Origin: Octopus vulgaris
Lineage: Eukaryota
Direction: 5' to 3'
NCBI GenBank assembly: GCA_951406725.2
Contig: OX597822.1
Coordinates: forward strand, 19,716,001 to 19,780,000
Length of the DNA: 64,000 nt
The notes under the pieces are model-generated. The model did no database searches and had not been told where the DNA came from. It saw only the letters and a program-made list of their open reading frames with translations. The position numbers and the translations under genes are program-made. Shown here in pieces: positions 42,205 to 56,627 of this stretch; positions within the stretch are counted from its first letter, which is position 1, and the number at the start of each line of letters is the position of its first letter.

Positions 42205-42508
42205 GATATAGATATAGATATAGATATAGATACACACACATACAAAGATAAATTGATAGAAACAACTGAGTGGACAAACAAAAATATGAGACACAACCTT
42301 GTGCTTTTTTATGTTGATAAACCTAGTACTTATTCTATTAGTTTGTTCTTGTGAAACCAGTAAGTTTTCTGGATGTAAATAAATGAACAGCAGTTGTGAA
42401 GCAGTGATGAGGGCGAAATACAGACACAAAGACACACACACATACACTTACATATATACATATATATATATACGATTGATTTGTTTCAGTTCCTGTCTAC
42501 GAAATCCA

Positions 42509-45233
42509 TATATATTGTTGTTGGCATCCTTTTTGTCTCAGGAGACAATGGAGTTGCGCATAAAATAATCTAGTCCGGCTTTTACATTTCATGTCCTAAT
42601 ACATCTCCTGCTGTGGCTGTGTAGTCCTATCCTGGACAAACACTCCCTCTGGCAGGTGCCGCAAATGTAGCGAAGACTTTGCCTGGCTGGTTGTAATGTC
42701 ATAGTTTCTTGTTGACGTATTTTCTTGTCTTTCCATTTCTCCTCTCTCTCTATGTCACTCCTTTGTGTTCCCTCTTTTACGGTATGTCGCCAATCTCCAC
42801 GGTTGCTGGCAACTGCTTCCCAGTTGGTAATATTGATGTTGCAGGCATTCATGTCCCTTTTGCAAACATCTTTGTATCATAAGAACGGTTTTCCCACAGA
42901 CCTAGTGCCCCTAGCAAGCTCTCCGTTGAGTATGTCCTTGGGGATTCTGCCATCTTCTATACAGCTTAACTGTCGAAGCCATCTCATACTTCTTTGTGTG
43001 AGTAGTGTAAACATGCTTGGTATTCCTATTTGCTTGAGGACATGATTCTGTAATTTGATGCGAAGGATTTTCCGGAGGCAGCGCAGGTGAAAGATATTTA
43101 GGCGACGTATGGCATCGTATGGCGTGTGTATGGCGTCCAAGTTTCACTTCCATACAGTAGAGTGCTAAGTACACATGCCTGGTAAATCTTCATTTTTGTG
43201 GTCTTGGTCAGCTTATTGTTGTCCCATGCCCGTTTGGAGAGTTGGGCCATCACAGCAGCTGCCTTGCCAATGCGTATATTGATCTCAGTATCAAGGGATA
43301 GGTTGTAGGTGACGGTAGAGCCAAGATAGATAAACTTCTCCACCTCCTGTAGTCTGTGGTCTCCAATATGTATGTTTGGGATGGTCGATGTAGCCTGACC
43401 CATGATGTTGGTCTTCTTGAGGCTGATAACTAAGCCAAAGTTACCACATGCTTGCTCAAAACAGTTGATGAGCCTTTGTAGGGCTTCTTCTGTGTGTGAT
43501 ACCAGAGCGGCATCATCAGCAAATAGCATCTCCTTGATCAGGACGCTTCTGATTTTGGTCCTGGCACGCAGATGCGAGAGATTGAACAGTTTCCCGTTAC
43601 CTCTACTGTGCAGAAACACTCCATCATCTGATGTCACAAAGGCATGTGATAGCAGCAGCGAGAAGAAGATGCCAAATAACGTAGGAGCAAGGACACAACC
43701 TTGCTTTACCCCATTTTTTATTTGGAAGGCGGCTGATGTTGAACCATTGTGCTGTATGGTGCCTTGCATATCATCATGGAAAGATGTGATGATCCTCAGC
43801 AGCTTTGGTGGACATCAGATTTTTTGGAGCAGGATGAAGAGGCCTTTTCTACTTACCAAGTCAAAGGCTTTTGTCAGATCAATGAAGACCATATATAATG
43901 GCATTTTCTGCTCTCTGGACTTCTCCTGAAGTTGGCGTATGGAGAATATCATGTCAATAGTTGATCTGCTTCTTCTAAAGCCACATTGCGATTCTGCATA
44001 AATTCGAGAAGCAAGCAGTTGCAGCCTGGACAGGATAATGCGAGCAGAAGCCTTTCCAACAGTGCTTAGAAGAGATATTCCACGGTAATTGTTACAATCA
44101 CCACGGTCACCTTTGTTTTTGTAAAGCGTAATGATGTTAGCATCCTGCATATCCTGAGGGACTGTACCCTCTTCCTAGCACTGACACAGAAGCTCATGAA
44201 TGTGCCGAAGCAGGATGGTGTTTTTGCCGGTTTTGATGTTCTCTAAGGGGATGTCGTCTTTTCCCGGAGCCTTGTTACTTGCTAGGGAGTCAATAGCCTT
44301 GGTGAGCTCTGCTATAGATGGCAGACTGTCAAGTTCACACATGACTGGCAAGATCTTGACACCCTCGATTGCAGCCTCAGTTACCGTGGTCTCTCGTGAG
44401 TAGAGATCCTGGTAGTACTCCACCCATCTATCCATTTGCTTGCTTTGGTCCTTGATGAGATCCCCAGTAGTTGATTTCAGAGGGGCTGACTTGGTTGCGG
44501 ATGGACCGAGGGCCTTCTTCAAACCGGCATACATCCCACGGGTGTCGCCACTGTCAGCAGCTGACTGGATACTCTGACAGATTTCCTGCCAATACCTATT
44601 TGCACAGCGTCTGGCAGTCAGTCGGGTTTTATTTCTTGCCTTTCTGAGTTCTTCGAGTGACTTTATAGAAGAATCACTCTTGTATTACATCAGAGCTGCA
44701 CGCTTTGTTTCGGTAACTGTTTCCAGCTCTGAGAGCCCAGCACTGAACAAAATCTGAGTTTTGCCTTTCTCTCATGCCGAAAGTATCTATTGATGTGGTA
44801 TAAAAAGCTTCCCTGATATAATTACACCTACTTTCAGCAGAGGAGGTTGGGCAGCTACTGAGAGCAACTTTGATAGAAACAGCAAAACATTGTCGCAGTG
44901 TAGGGTCGGAGGTTCTGGCAGTGTTAATGCGTGGTCGGCCCATTTTCTTGGAGTGGTGGACTTTTTAGGCAGAATCCTCACCCTGCTTCTTATTAATGAA
45001 TGATCTGTGTCACAATCCGCGCTGTAGTGACTACGAGTCAGTTGAGCAGAATTCAGAAAGGGTCTTCGTGTAATGATGAGATCCAGCTCATGTCAGTGGT
45101 GAGATCTTGGATGTCTCCAAGATGCCTTGTGGGATGTCTTGTTGGCAAAGAATGTGTTAGTGATGTACAGGTTATGGTATGTGCAAAATTCAAGTAATCT
45201 CTGGCCATTGTCATTCATGTTACCAATACCAAA
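42509..45233 (-). mobile_element. RTE-clade LINE, 5'-truncated within the APE domain, fragmented ORF
   Basis: NGQRLLEFC..LYITNTFF..SWRHPRS; NYRGISLLS, ESQCGFR, FIDLTKAFD, GVKQGCVLAPTLF, FADD; C-terminal CGTCQRECLSRIGLHSH; (CAA)n tail; ~70-bp flanking direct repeat. Confidence 0.95.
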
Positions 45234-45299
45234 ACACATACACTTACATATATACATATATATATACGATCGATTTGTTTCAGTTCCTGTATACGAAAT

Positions 45300-45371
<72 letters not shown>

Positions 45372-46369
45372 GCATACACACACATACATATATATTTGGA
45401 ATTTACAAAAGAAACGAACAAAAGACGAAGACGGGTGTGTAAACAGCAAACAGGTTTATTAGTTTAACGCTCCGGACTTAGGAAAAATTTATATAGGGAG
45501 TACTACTAATTTTAAAATTAAATATAGGGGACACAAGAATTCATTTATTCACCCCTATATAAAAAAATTTCAGACATTTTAGTATGTAAGCATAAATATT
45601 TTACGTCTTATAATTTTCTTAAACTTTAAAATATAATTTTTTAGAATATAAAAGCTTTTTGAAAATACGGTCCAATTAGATCATTAGATCCAATGAACAC
45701 CTATGCACAAACTTGTAATCTTAAATTTTTTTTTTATAGTAGAGAGTGGAATATTCCCATTGGCTATTATTTGTATGTTTAACTGAATTTCATTTCTTAT
45801 TTAAACGTGGTAATCCTCTTGAAAATCTGTCACTTATTCATCGATACTCAAAAACTGAACTTTCACCAACTGAATACTCACCATGTAGTGCCTTAATGCT
45901 TTTTGCTGGATTTTACCTCGAGAAAGGAACCCTGAGGAAGGAGGGCTGAATTTCGAATACTTCGTACAACCATTTTTCTGAAACGGCTGCAGGTTAGGAA
46001 AAATAATTTTAATCGCGTCTTTCAATTTAGGTTTTTATTTTTCATGTTTATATTCGTATTTCATTGTTATGTTTATATTGCCTCAAGGTGATTTTTCGTT
46101 GGTGCTCAGAAAGTTCCATGGACTGCAGTTTGCCTACGACTGGCTCATAGGATGCACTTTTTCTTTTGCTTTTACAAAATACAGTAAGAAATAATAACAT
46201 ATGTAACCCTTATCTGGGGCTATAAGTGACTTACGTAAAATCTTCGCCCTTTAAGATGTAGGTAACTTTTCAAGACTTGTTTTACGAATAAACAGAGTCT
46301 GCGATATCAAGAAATACAATAGGTAACTAGGAAGTGAATATCAAGAACATACAGTGGATATGTATCTAA

Positions 46370-46995
46370 TATTGGTTTCAAATTTTAGCACAAGACCAGC
46401 AATTTCGGAGGAGGAGTTAAGTCGAATAGATCGACCCAAATGCTCAGCTGCATTTTATCGATCCCGAAAGTATGAGCACCAACGTGGATCTTATTTTTTT
46501 ATTTCTTTATTGCCCACAAGGAGCTAAACACAGAGGGGACAAACAAGGACAAAGGGATTAAGTCGATTATATCGACCCCAGTGCGTAACTGGTACTTATT
46601 TAATCGACTCCGAAAGGATGAAAGGCAAAGTTGACCTCGGCGGAATTTGAACTCAGAACGTAGCGGCAGACGAAATACCTATTTCTTTACTACCCAGAAG
46701 GGGTTAAACACAGAGGAGACAAACAAGGACAGACAAACGGATTAAGTTGATTACATCGACCCCAGTGCATAACTGGTACTTAATTTATCGACCCCGAAAA
46801 GATGAAAGGCAAAATCGACCTTGGCGGAATTTGAACTCAGAACGTAACATCAGACGAAATACCGCTAAGCATTTCGCCCGGCGTACTAACGTTTCTGCCA
46901 GCTCGCTGACGTGGATCTTGTCGGAATTTGAACTCGGAATGTAAAGACGGACGAAATGCCACCACGCATTTTGTCCGGCGTGCAAACGATTCAGT
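46370..46995 (-). mobile_element. Nested/tandem cluster of SINE family A copies
   Basis: At least three overlapping copies of the GGTCGAT...GGAATTTGAACTCAGAACG block. Confidence 0.75.
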
Positions 46996-47109
46996 CAAAA
47001 GATAACTCTCTTCCAAAATATAACATTGTGTTGTCAGAATCTCTTTCAACAATATATTTGTTGCAACATAGTTTGACTTCTAAATATTTCTAGCACATAC
47101 ATACATACA

Positions 47110-47158
<49 letters not shown>

Positions 47159-48554
47159 GACATACATACATTACATACATACATACATACATACACACAT
47201 ACATACACATACATACATACACACACATACATACATACATACACACATACATACACATACATACATACATATATATATATACATACATACATACACACAT
47301 ACATACACACACATACATATATATACATACACACATACATACATACATACATACATACATACACACACATACATATATATATACATACACACATACATAC
47401 ATACATACATACATACATACACACATACATATATATACATACACACATACATACATATATACATACATACATACATACATGTACACGCACACATATTTGC
47501 ATATGTGTGTGTGTGTGTGTATGTATGTATTATTCATAACCAACCTATCAACAATGTATTATAGTTGTCTCCATAATTATTTTATAGCAATTTAAAAGTT
47601 TTATTAACGCGCGTCTGTGTTTTACTAGGAACATAATTATAATTTATTATTTAAGTTTTACAAAAAAAATTATTGATTGAACGATCACAGCAGTGATACG
47701 GATCTTTTTAATAAAACCTTGAAAAAAAATACAAAACGAAAAAACCAAGTAGACATAGACTGTAAAATAAATACATAAATATAAAGAATTTTATGAATAA
47801 TTGCATATGGAAAACAAAACTGTCTGTTGGTATTTCTATTTGATATTTATTTAATTTTAACTTTCACTAATATAAAATAGTATTTCTTTATGCCTTTATG
47901 TTGATTTATCCAAAATTATACTAATCAGCGATGTATTACATTGTTTGTTTTTCAAGATTAAATAAATATCTAAAACATAATGGTTGGACTGAAACAACCA
48001 AGTAAATCCATGTTTACGTTAATGAGGACAATGTCTGGCATTGTTACAAGACTACAGATTTAGTACTCAGTAATGAGGAAAGGGTTTATAGTCAATTAAA
48101 TGGACCACAGTATATTACTGGTAAGTGTCACATGCTCAGTCGACCTCCTTTACTCTTTTACTTTTTTAGTTGTTTCAGTCACGTGACTGCGGCTATTGGT
48201 CTCTTTTGCCGAACCGCTAAGTTACGGGGACGTAAACACATCAGCATCGGTTTTCAAGCGATGTTGTGGGGACACACACACACACACACACACATACATA
48301 TATACGACGGACTTCTTTCAGTTTCCGTCTACCAAGTCCACACACAATGCTTTGGTCGGCTCGAGGCTATAGTAGAAGACACTTGCCCATGATGCCACGC
48401 AGTGGGACTGAACCCGGAACCATGTGGTTGGTAAGCAAGCTACTTACCACACAGTCACTCCTGCACCTACTGTTAGAAATTACTGCTAAATATCTCTAAA
48501 GGTACCCCCTACCATCTTAAAAATGAAGGACATAAAATATAATGTAGATTAAGA

Positions 48555-49849
48555 TACGAGAGTGGGCTGACTATGAAGGAGTCATGCTGGAGCAATGAAA
48601 TCTTGCATACATTAATTTCAACCCTTCTTATTAATAACTGTATTGCTTCTGTCTAGGTAAACTGACATCTGACTGTTCAAAGAAGACTTTAAAAGTAACT
48701 GGACAAAATTTGGCATCGTGGTGTTATCAAGTACCTGCAGAAAAAGGGTTTAGCCCCACCACCAAGGACATTCATGTCGACATGGTTGCTACATCAGGGG
48801 ATGCTGCCCCAGTTTGTCAGCAGTGCAAAAGTGGACAGCTGAATTTAGGAAGGGAAGGGAGAATCTTGAAGATGACCAACGGTCTGGACGTCCTGCAACT
48901 GTCACCACCAAGGAAAACACTGATCGAGTTCACCACTTGCGATGGATGACAGGTGATTGAATATAAATCAAATAGTCAATCCCATTAGTATATCCTGAGA
49001 ATTGAGAATATTTTGTTCAGTGAAATTAGCATGACGAAGGTTTCTGCTCGGTGAGTATTACGTCTTTTGATACCTGATCAAAAGTGCACCAGTTTGATCT
49101 CATCACGGGAAAATCTGACATTGTCTGAGGCAGATCCAGCTGGTTTTTTTGAGCGTTTCCTTATCCAGGATTAGTGTTGGGCTCATCGCTTTGAGCCAGT
49201 GACAGACATTCCATGCAGTAGAGACACCTACCCTCACCTGCTCCAAAGAAGGCCAAGGTCGTTTAACCTGCGGGGAAGGTGATGACCAGTTTTTTTGTGA
49301 TGCAAACGGCATCGTTTTTATGGGCTATCTTCAAAAGAGCCACACTACTAATGTAGAGTACAATGCCAACTTACTGAGTCAGTGAAGAGCAAACGCCCAG
49401 GAAAACTGACGAAAGGTGTCTTGTTTCATGAGGACAATGCCCCAGCATACAAGTTCTTTGTTTCAATGATGGCTGTGCATGATTGACTGATCACCGTCCC
49501 TCTTCTCCTGATTTCGCCCCATCTGACTATCATATGTTCCCCAACAGCAAAAAAAAAAAAACAAAACAAAAAAAACAAAAACAAAATAAAAAAAAACACT
49601 TGACAGGGAATTAATATCGCAGTAATAATGACGTCGCTGTGATAATGACTCGAAAAAGTCATCAACAGCTGATAAGCTGTTGACTTTTTCGAGCAACAGG
49701 ATGAAAGCTTCTTCACTAATAGGATCCAAGTTCCAATGGAAGAAGGTGTGTGAACAGCAAGGGGGACTATGTTGAAAAATAAACCTCATTTAGTCACATT
49801 CTATGAGAGAACCTTCGCCTGCCTATGAAATTTTCAGTCGGCCCTCGTA
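48555..49849 (+). mobile_element. Mariner (DD34D-type) transposon, defective
   Basis: TA-CGAG... and ...CCCTCG-TA termini. WHRGVIKYLQKKGL, FLIQD*CWAH, LFHEDNAPA and SPDFAPSDYHMFP motifs. Confidence 0.88.
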
Positions 49850-50969
49850 ACTGTAAAAACGATGGGATGGTTACAGATGAAATGTCTTTACCAGAGGTTT
49901 GTCCTATCGGGATTAATCTGAGATGACACATGAAGAATTAAAATGGAAAGTCGTTGGTAGGATTTGAACTCATAACATGATGAAAAGTAACAAAATATTG
50001 CAATATGTCTTATGGTCAGCTCTAATAACTCTGTGACCCACCCTTATATGACAATAATAGTTTCTTACGTTGTGATCGAGCCACACCTTTGGTTCTGTAG
50101 AATCTGGAATCCAAACACACTGGCATTCTTAACTCAACAACAATTATACACTTCACAGAAGTCCACTTCTACACTACTTAACGCTATACTTCTACACAGC
50201 ACTACACTGCTTAACGAAGCACCTTTACATGGAATAGCTTTACACTTCTACACTGTTAAACACTACACTTCTGCACTTTTAACATTACATTTCTAAATAG
50301 TTAAACATTACATTTCTCAATAGTTAAGCATTACACTTCTACGCAGCACCACTACACTGCTCAGCTTAACACTATATTTATACATTGCTTAAAACGACCC
50401 TTTTACACTACTTAACATGACACTCGCACACCACTTGACACGACACTTTTATACTATTTAACACTACTACTACTACTACTACTACTACTACATTTCTTAG
50501 CACTACTCTCCTACGCTGCTTATCACTGCAATTTTACATCGCTTAACAAGATCTAGTAAGCGGGGCCTCATTTCAGTGAGGGAGGCCGGTGCGCAATGAT
50601 GCTGTTGAAAGGAAGGCCCCGAAATGGCGCGCATTCCTTTCTGATGCCCCCATAAGCTTGATAGCATCCGGTATGCAGAGCTTTCAACTGGTAGCACTTG
50701 CATCTGCAAGTTGTTTACAAAAAATCTTTTACGCTGCTTAATACTGTACTTATAGACTCTGTAACATTGCAATTTCTTCTCTGTCCTACAAACATAACAA
50801 TACTACAGTTTACACCACTAAAGTTCTTCACAACATATAATTACAGTTCTACTTTGCACATTACATTTTTATACTCATGACACTGTACAGAAATGTGCAG
50901 AAGTGTACACTACAGTCTTACTTGGAACGATTTCTACATTTCATTTCAAGACATTATATCAGAATTTTC

Positions 50970-51399
50970 AGATCTTTTCGGTTTGAACGGCAGTTTTTTA
51001 AAATAATTTCCACGTAACTAAACACTTTTAAACTTCGTATACTGGTAGAATGTGTTTATAAAACATCTTATTCTCTTGGCTTTATTGAGAAAATTCTATA
51101 GTTTGTAAGATATTTGTTGTTTTTTTCTTCAATTTCTGCAATTTCAACCAATCAATGACGTCTATTGAGGTGAAAACATTCTGTGCCGTATGAGTATGTC
51201 CCTCGTTTAAGAAACAGATTGGGTTTATTTACATTTCTGAAGAAAAAAGATACCCTTCCCCCCACCCCTAACCACAACCCTAACTAACCCTAACCCTAAA
51301 ACAGATTGAAATGCAATAGATCGATACTAGGGTCATAATTATGGTGACAATTTCACATGACACCGTTAGAAAAAACTGCCGTTCAAACCGAAAAGATCC
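50970..51399. mobile_element. MITE with ~30-bp TIRs and an 8-bp TSD (GAATTTTC); internal CCCTAA repeats
   Basis: (A/G)GATCTTTTCGGTTTGAACGGCAGTTTTTT at both ends, inverted. TSD at 50962-50969 and 51400-51407. Confidence 0.9.
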
Positions 51400-52193
51400 G
51401 AATTTTCAATTTCTTTAATGCACTGCCACATTTCTATACTGGAAAATGTACAATGTATAAGCAAACCTACACCTCTTCAATGCACATCACCAAATCTCTA
51501 CACTGTATAACACTCTTTAAGTACTCCCTAAACATGTTTAACCCTACAAGAACTAGAATTTCAATGAGAGACCACAAGAGGTTCACAGTAAACAACATTA
51601 AAAAAAAACAACGCACCAAGCTTATACATCCCGTATTCAGCTACCAAACGGATATCATTATGGTTTCGACACCCGAGCAGTACTATTCATTAAAACAAAC
51701 TCTGTTTGGGAATTAGTAGACAAGAAACAGGAGTCAAACATTAGTACATATTCATTATATTTGAGTCTACTTGCTGTTAAAAAACAAAAATACAAACATC
51801 AGATTTCAAACATAAACTGTTACGTACTGCAGCTACGAAGAGAAATTAAAAAAAAAAAAGTATTGAAAACAGTGAAACATCAAATCGGACATTGCCACCC
51901 TAGAACTATAGAACTTAAAAACCATAAAACATTAAGACGAATTAGCGAACTACTCCAAACACACATGTGTAATGCACATGAATATACACGCATAGATATA
52001 CACAATAAATTTCAGTAATCTTTTTAATATTTTACCAAATTCCACGCTCGAAGAATTGGTCAACGTGTGACTATGATATATTGGTTCCAAATTTTGGCAC
52101 AAGGCCAGCGACTTTTTAGGGAAGGGGTAAGTCGATTACATTGACCCTGATGTTCAACAGGCATTTATTTTATCGACCCCGAAAGGATGAAAG

Positions 52194-52894
52194 GGATCTT
52201 TGTGGTTTTCATCACTGTTTATAATTATCTTTAAAAAGTTTTTAAATGCATCATACAGATGTAATTTTTGACGCTGAATCCGAATTTGTTATTCATTTAT
52301 TCCAGAAAAATTTTGCAAAAATGTTACAGGTGTTCAAAGTTTGATAATTTTCAGAATTTTCAGCCATTCAGAAAACAGCGCGTTCGCTGCCTCTTCCATC
52401 ATCAGGTGGGTAGGTGGGGTGGGGGTGGGGGTCAAAACATTGCTAGAAATAACAGTCAAAACATTAGAATATACACGAGCAAAGTTAACATTAAAACATT
52501 CGCGAACAAATTAAATATTTAAAAGCTACGAACAAACAAACCAACAGGTGTTGCTAGAAATAACAGTCAAAACATTGTCTAAAACAGACATTTATTGGTT
52601 TAAAAAATTCAAGAACGAAAGTTTGCAATACACTCTAGGATTTTATAAAATAGATTATCTTTCTCGTATCTCCCTCTTCTCCTTGTGCGCATGCGCATCA
52701 TCTTTGGTTACTATGGAAACAGAAATTTTTGCCACGGTGATGTGTAAAACACTCGCTTCTGATTGGCTAAATTACCCAAATTTTGCAAATTTTAAAGGCA
52801 AATAACTTTTTGCTTATGGATTTAAAAGCAAAATGAATTTCATTTTTATAAATTGGAACAGAATTGTCAACAGTACCGAAAACCACAATGATCC
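52194..52894. mobile_element. MITE with GGATC-starting TIRs and an 8-bp TSD, inserted into a SINE
   Basis: GGATCTTTGTGGTTTTC vs the reverse complement GGATCATTGTGGTTTTC. TSD GATGAAAG / GATGTAAG. The SINE resumes across the insertion. Confidence 0.85.
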
Positions 52895-55800
52895 GATGTA
52901 AGGAAAAGTCCACTTCAGCGGAATTTGAACTCAGAACATAAAGACAGACGAAATGCTGCTAAGAATTTTGCCTGGCGTGCTAACGATTCTGCCTGCTCGC
53001 TGTCTTACGTGTGACAGTGATATATTGGAACTTGCCCATAGTACCGTGCACTGAGATCAAACCCGGACCAAAGTCGTTGCTAAGAAAACTTCTTTATGAC
53101 ACAGCCATGGCAGAATAGTAGACACACAGAATACTAGACTCTGCAGTATTTATTTACATCACTTCATTTTTCTGAGTTCAAATCCTGCCTGTCGCCTTTC
53201 TGAGGGTTGGTAAAATATTTTCAAGTATCGGTGAAATGCTAGGGTCAATTTAACCCACACTATCCTCTCCACCTCATATGTCCCTAGTTTTTAAACTATG
53301 TATTTCTTGTTCTTGTAATATGTTATTAGGTAAGAGGTGATATTTCGGCCAAGACCGTTACGGTTTCAATTCATTTGAACGCCTTAACTTCCCTTTTCTG
53401 TTCCTCCCATTAAAATATGGCTTGCGTTTATTCAAACGAAACCATTATTTCGCAAATCTCTATTTTACATGTAGAAATGTTTACAACAGCAGCAGCAACA
53501 ACAACAATAACCTGACAAACAACAACGACAACAACATCGATAATAAATAACTAAGCTAAACTAAAACCAAAAAGTCGTTGACCTAGGTTTGACCTCCTCA
53601 ATATGGACCTGAGAGCTACGAAATTAGTTTACCATTCTTTTGAAAATCTCATTTAACATTCGATGTAGCAAATTGTACGGTGATTTGATGCAACTATGCA
53701 ATAAAAATTAAAGTAAATAAAAAATAATTATTTAGTCTGTGTAAAAATATTTTATTACAGATTTATATGTTTTTTATTTAATAAAAATATAATTTTCTAA
53801 TTTGAAACAGTTTATAAACAAACAGAGTCTCTTTACAGTGTTTTGATGTGTAAACTAACATCAAACATGCGGTTAAAGGGAATATAATTAATTTTAGTGA
53901 GCAGAGGTAAGATAAAGTGCAAACGAAATCTGCTATAAGATTTCGATTCCAGATTGAATTAACTTCACTCTCTTTGAAGCGAAATGAATTTCATAACACT
54001 TCTCTTACATTTTTCCAAGATTCAGAGCCACTTTATCTACAGAAAATAACTGAAAATAACGATGAGCTCCAGCGTATGTCCTGTTAAAGAGTGGTTAGGC
54101 CATTTGTGTGGTGAACTCTAATGACTCCGCCATCCATCACGTTATGGCATTAATTGTTTCTTACGTTGTCACCGAGCGATGTTGGTTTGCTTTCTAACAA
54201 GGTGTTTGTTTCTGATTAAAAAAAAAAGCGGAGATATGATAGATTAACGGATTATCTCTAAGTTTTGACTAGAATAAGTATAAGGTCTGACATTTTGGGG
54301 GAGGGTTTAGCTGATTACATTGACACCCAGTGCTCAACTGGTATTCACTTTATCATGGATGAAATTTGAACGCAGAACATAAAGTTTCGGAAGAAATGTC
54401 GTTTAGAATTTTGTCCGGCGTGGTTAACAATTCTACCAGCTCACTACCTTATTTTTTAATATTGGTTTCAAATTTTGGCTCAAGGTCAGCAATTTCGGGG
54501 TTGGGAGTAACTCAGTGCTGAACTGGTACTTATTTGAGCGACCCCGAAAGGATGAAAAGCAAAGACCTCGGCGGAATTTGAAATCAGAACGTAAAGACTA
54601 GCGAAATGCCACCAAGCAGTTCGTCCAGTGTGCTAACGATCCTGCCTGCTCGCCGCCTTCTTATTTTTTAACATTAATAATAGGTATAAATGTTGGTAGG
54701 TTGGATGATTTCTTCCACTCACACATTATATTTGTATAGAGAGAGGGGGGAGAGAAAGAAGAGAGATAAGGGAGAGTTAACATAAGAGGTACAAGTTGAA
54801 TATATATGTGAGGTTTGGTGGCAGACAATAAGTAAAGGAATGCTACACATATACAACGAGAGAAAAAGAATTATAGAGTTAGAATCGGAGTCAGAGTCGG
54901 AGAAGGAGGAAATGATTGAGTAGCTATGGGAGGAGTTACACAAATTTGAAATTTGCTTTATTTAATTTTATATTAAGGTAATATAAATGTTTTTCATTCG
55001 AAATTTAGTATTCATTTCATCATTTTGTAGAAGCACCAAGACATTTGATAAAAGTTAAATTATTGTATGGACGTCTTCTTGCCTGATTTTTCTCATGCTA
55101 GCAAAAGTACACTACCTATCATATGACGAGTAATACTCAAGTATATCTTAGAGATTTTACTCTTGTGGAAGATAAGTTTAAATGTGTATCTGTGATATGG
55201 TCTAAATTCTCGACTACAAGTTTTTGATTTCAGTTCTGTTGCTAAATTTCTCGGGAAAAGCATGATGCCACAACACTATATTTACGCTGCCATTGAACTG
55301 GGGTCATCAAATCAAATTGAAAGACATCGATGTCGTACTTTGGGATGGGACGGTAGACTGTGCAGAAAAGTAAATACATTTCTCTCCTCTACATTCCGAA
55401 TTCGAGTACAACTGACGTCATCACTAACTTTTTGCAGTAACAAAACATAGTGGTAATCCAGTGAGTTTAGCCAACTACTTCTGTTGCTTCCTTGTCACCA
55501 CACAAAATGAGTATTTCTGATATAGACACAAGTCCATACATTTGGCGGAGGGAGAAATCGATTACATCGACCCCAGTACTTGGATGGTACTTTATTTTAT
55601 CGATCCCGAAGGGATGAAAGACGAAGTCAGCCTCGGTGGAATTTTAACTCACAAAAAGTCATTCATAGTGAAAAGGACTTGGATTTAGCATTTTTTTTGG
55701 TTAAAACTAACGCTTAATTCATAACATCGTTAGATGGTACAAATTAAGCGTCAAATATTCTGCTAAGCATTTTGTCAGTCTGCTAACGACTCTGCTAGCA

Positions 55801-56229
55801 GACTGCCTTTGTGGTTTCAAATTTTGGCACAAGGAAGGATTTAAGTTGATTATATTGACCCCAAATGCTCACCAGCTGCTTATTTTACCGACTCCAAACG
55901 GATGAAAGGCAAAATCGACCTCGGCGGAATCTGAACTCAGAATGTAAAGACAGACGAAATACTGTTAAGCATTTTGTCCGGCTTGTTAACGATTCTGTTA
56001 GCTCGCCGCCTATTGGACTGGAATATTGCACTTCGTTGTGGCCGTGAGAAGCCTGACATTTAAGGGTAGTGAAGAGATCATAAGATTTAAGCACGATGGG
56101 AATTTTAGGGGAATTACGGAACCTCTCCCTATATTCTTTATTTTTTCTGGACGTGGTTTCCATTCTGCCAATTCGCCATTCCATTTGCTATTCCTTTCTT
56201 CTAAAATTCGCCATTCCATTTGCTATTCC

Positions 56230-56520
56230 TTTCTTCTAAATTCATGTCCCGCGAAAAACCGTTTTAAAGTTTTTATTCTCCCGATAATGTCCGTTAAATT
56301 TTGTTGCCACTCTTATCCTGTTGTTTTTCCACTTACCCATGTTGTTTATGTTCAGCATTCTCCTTTCCGTGGTTCTTTGTATTGATCTTAATTTATTTTC
56401 AAAGCTCTTGTTGGCAGTCCATGTTTCGGATGCATACGAAATGGAGAGAAGACCATGCAGAAATTGGAATGAAGACTTTGTTAAATTCTTCGGCACCCAA
56501 ACATAGATGAGGAAAACATC
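56230..56520 (-). pseudogene. RTE-like LINE fragment
   Basis: SYASETWTANKSFENKLRSIQRTTERRML resembles the post-RT YG.ETW..QR.MER motif. Confidence 0.55.
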
Positions 56521-56627
56521 AGACCGTGATTGGTGAAGAGAACGTGCTGAAGCAGTGGACAGAACATGTATAAGGATGTTGATGTATCTTGCATAAGGCT
56601 GTAACATAACATAACGGAACTTATTGT

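Noticed and set aside
50555-50650. GC-rich stem GGGGCC...GGCCCC GAAA UGGCGCGCAU suggestive of a hammerhead
   Set aside because: The upstream box (CUAGUAA) has three mismatches to CUGAUGA and no helix I forms.
51265-51300. Telomere
   Set aside because: Only a few CCCTAA units, internal to a MITE.
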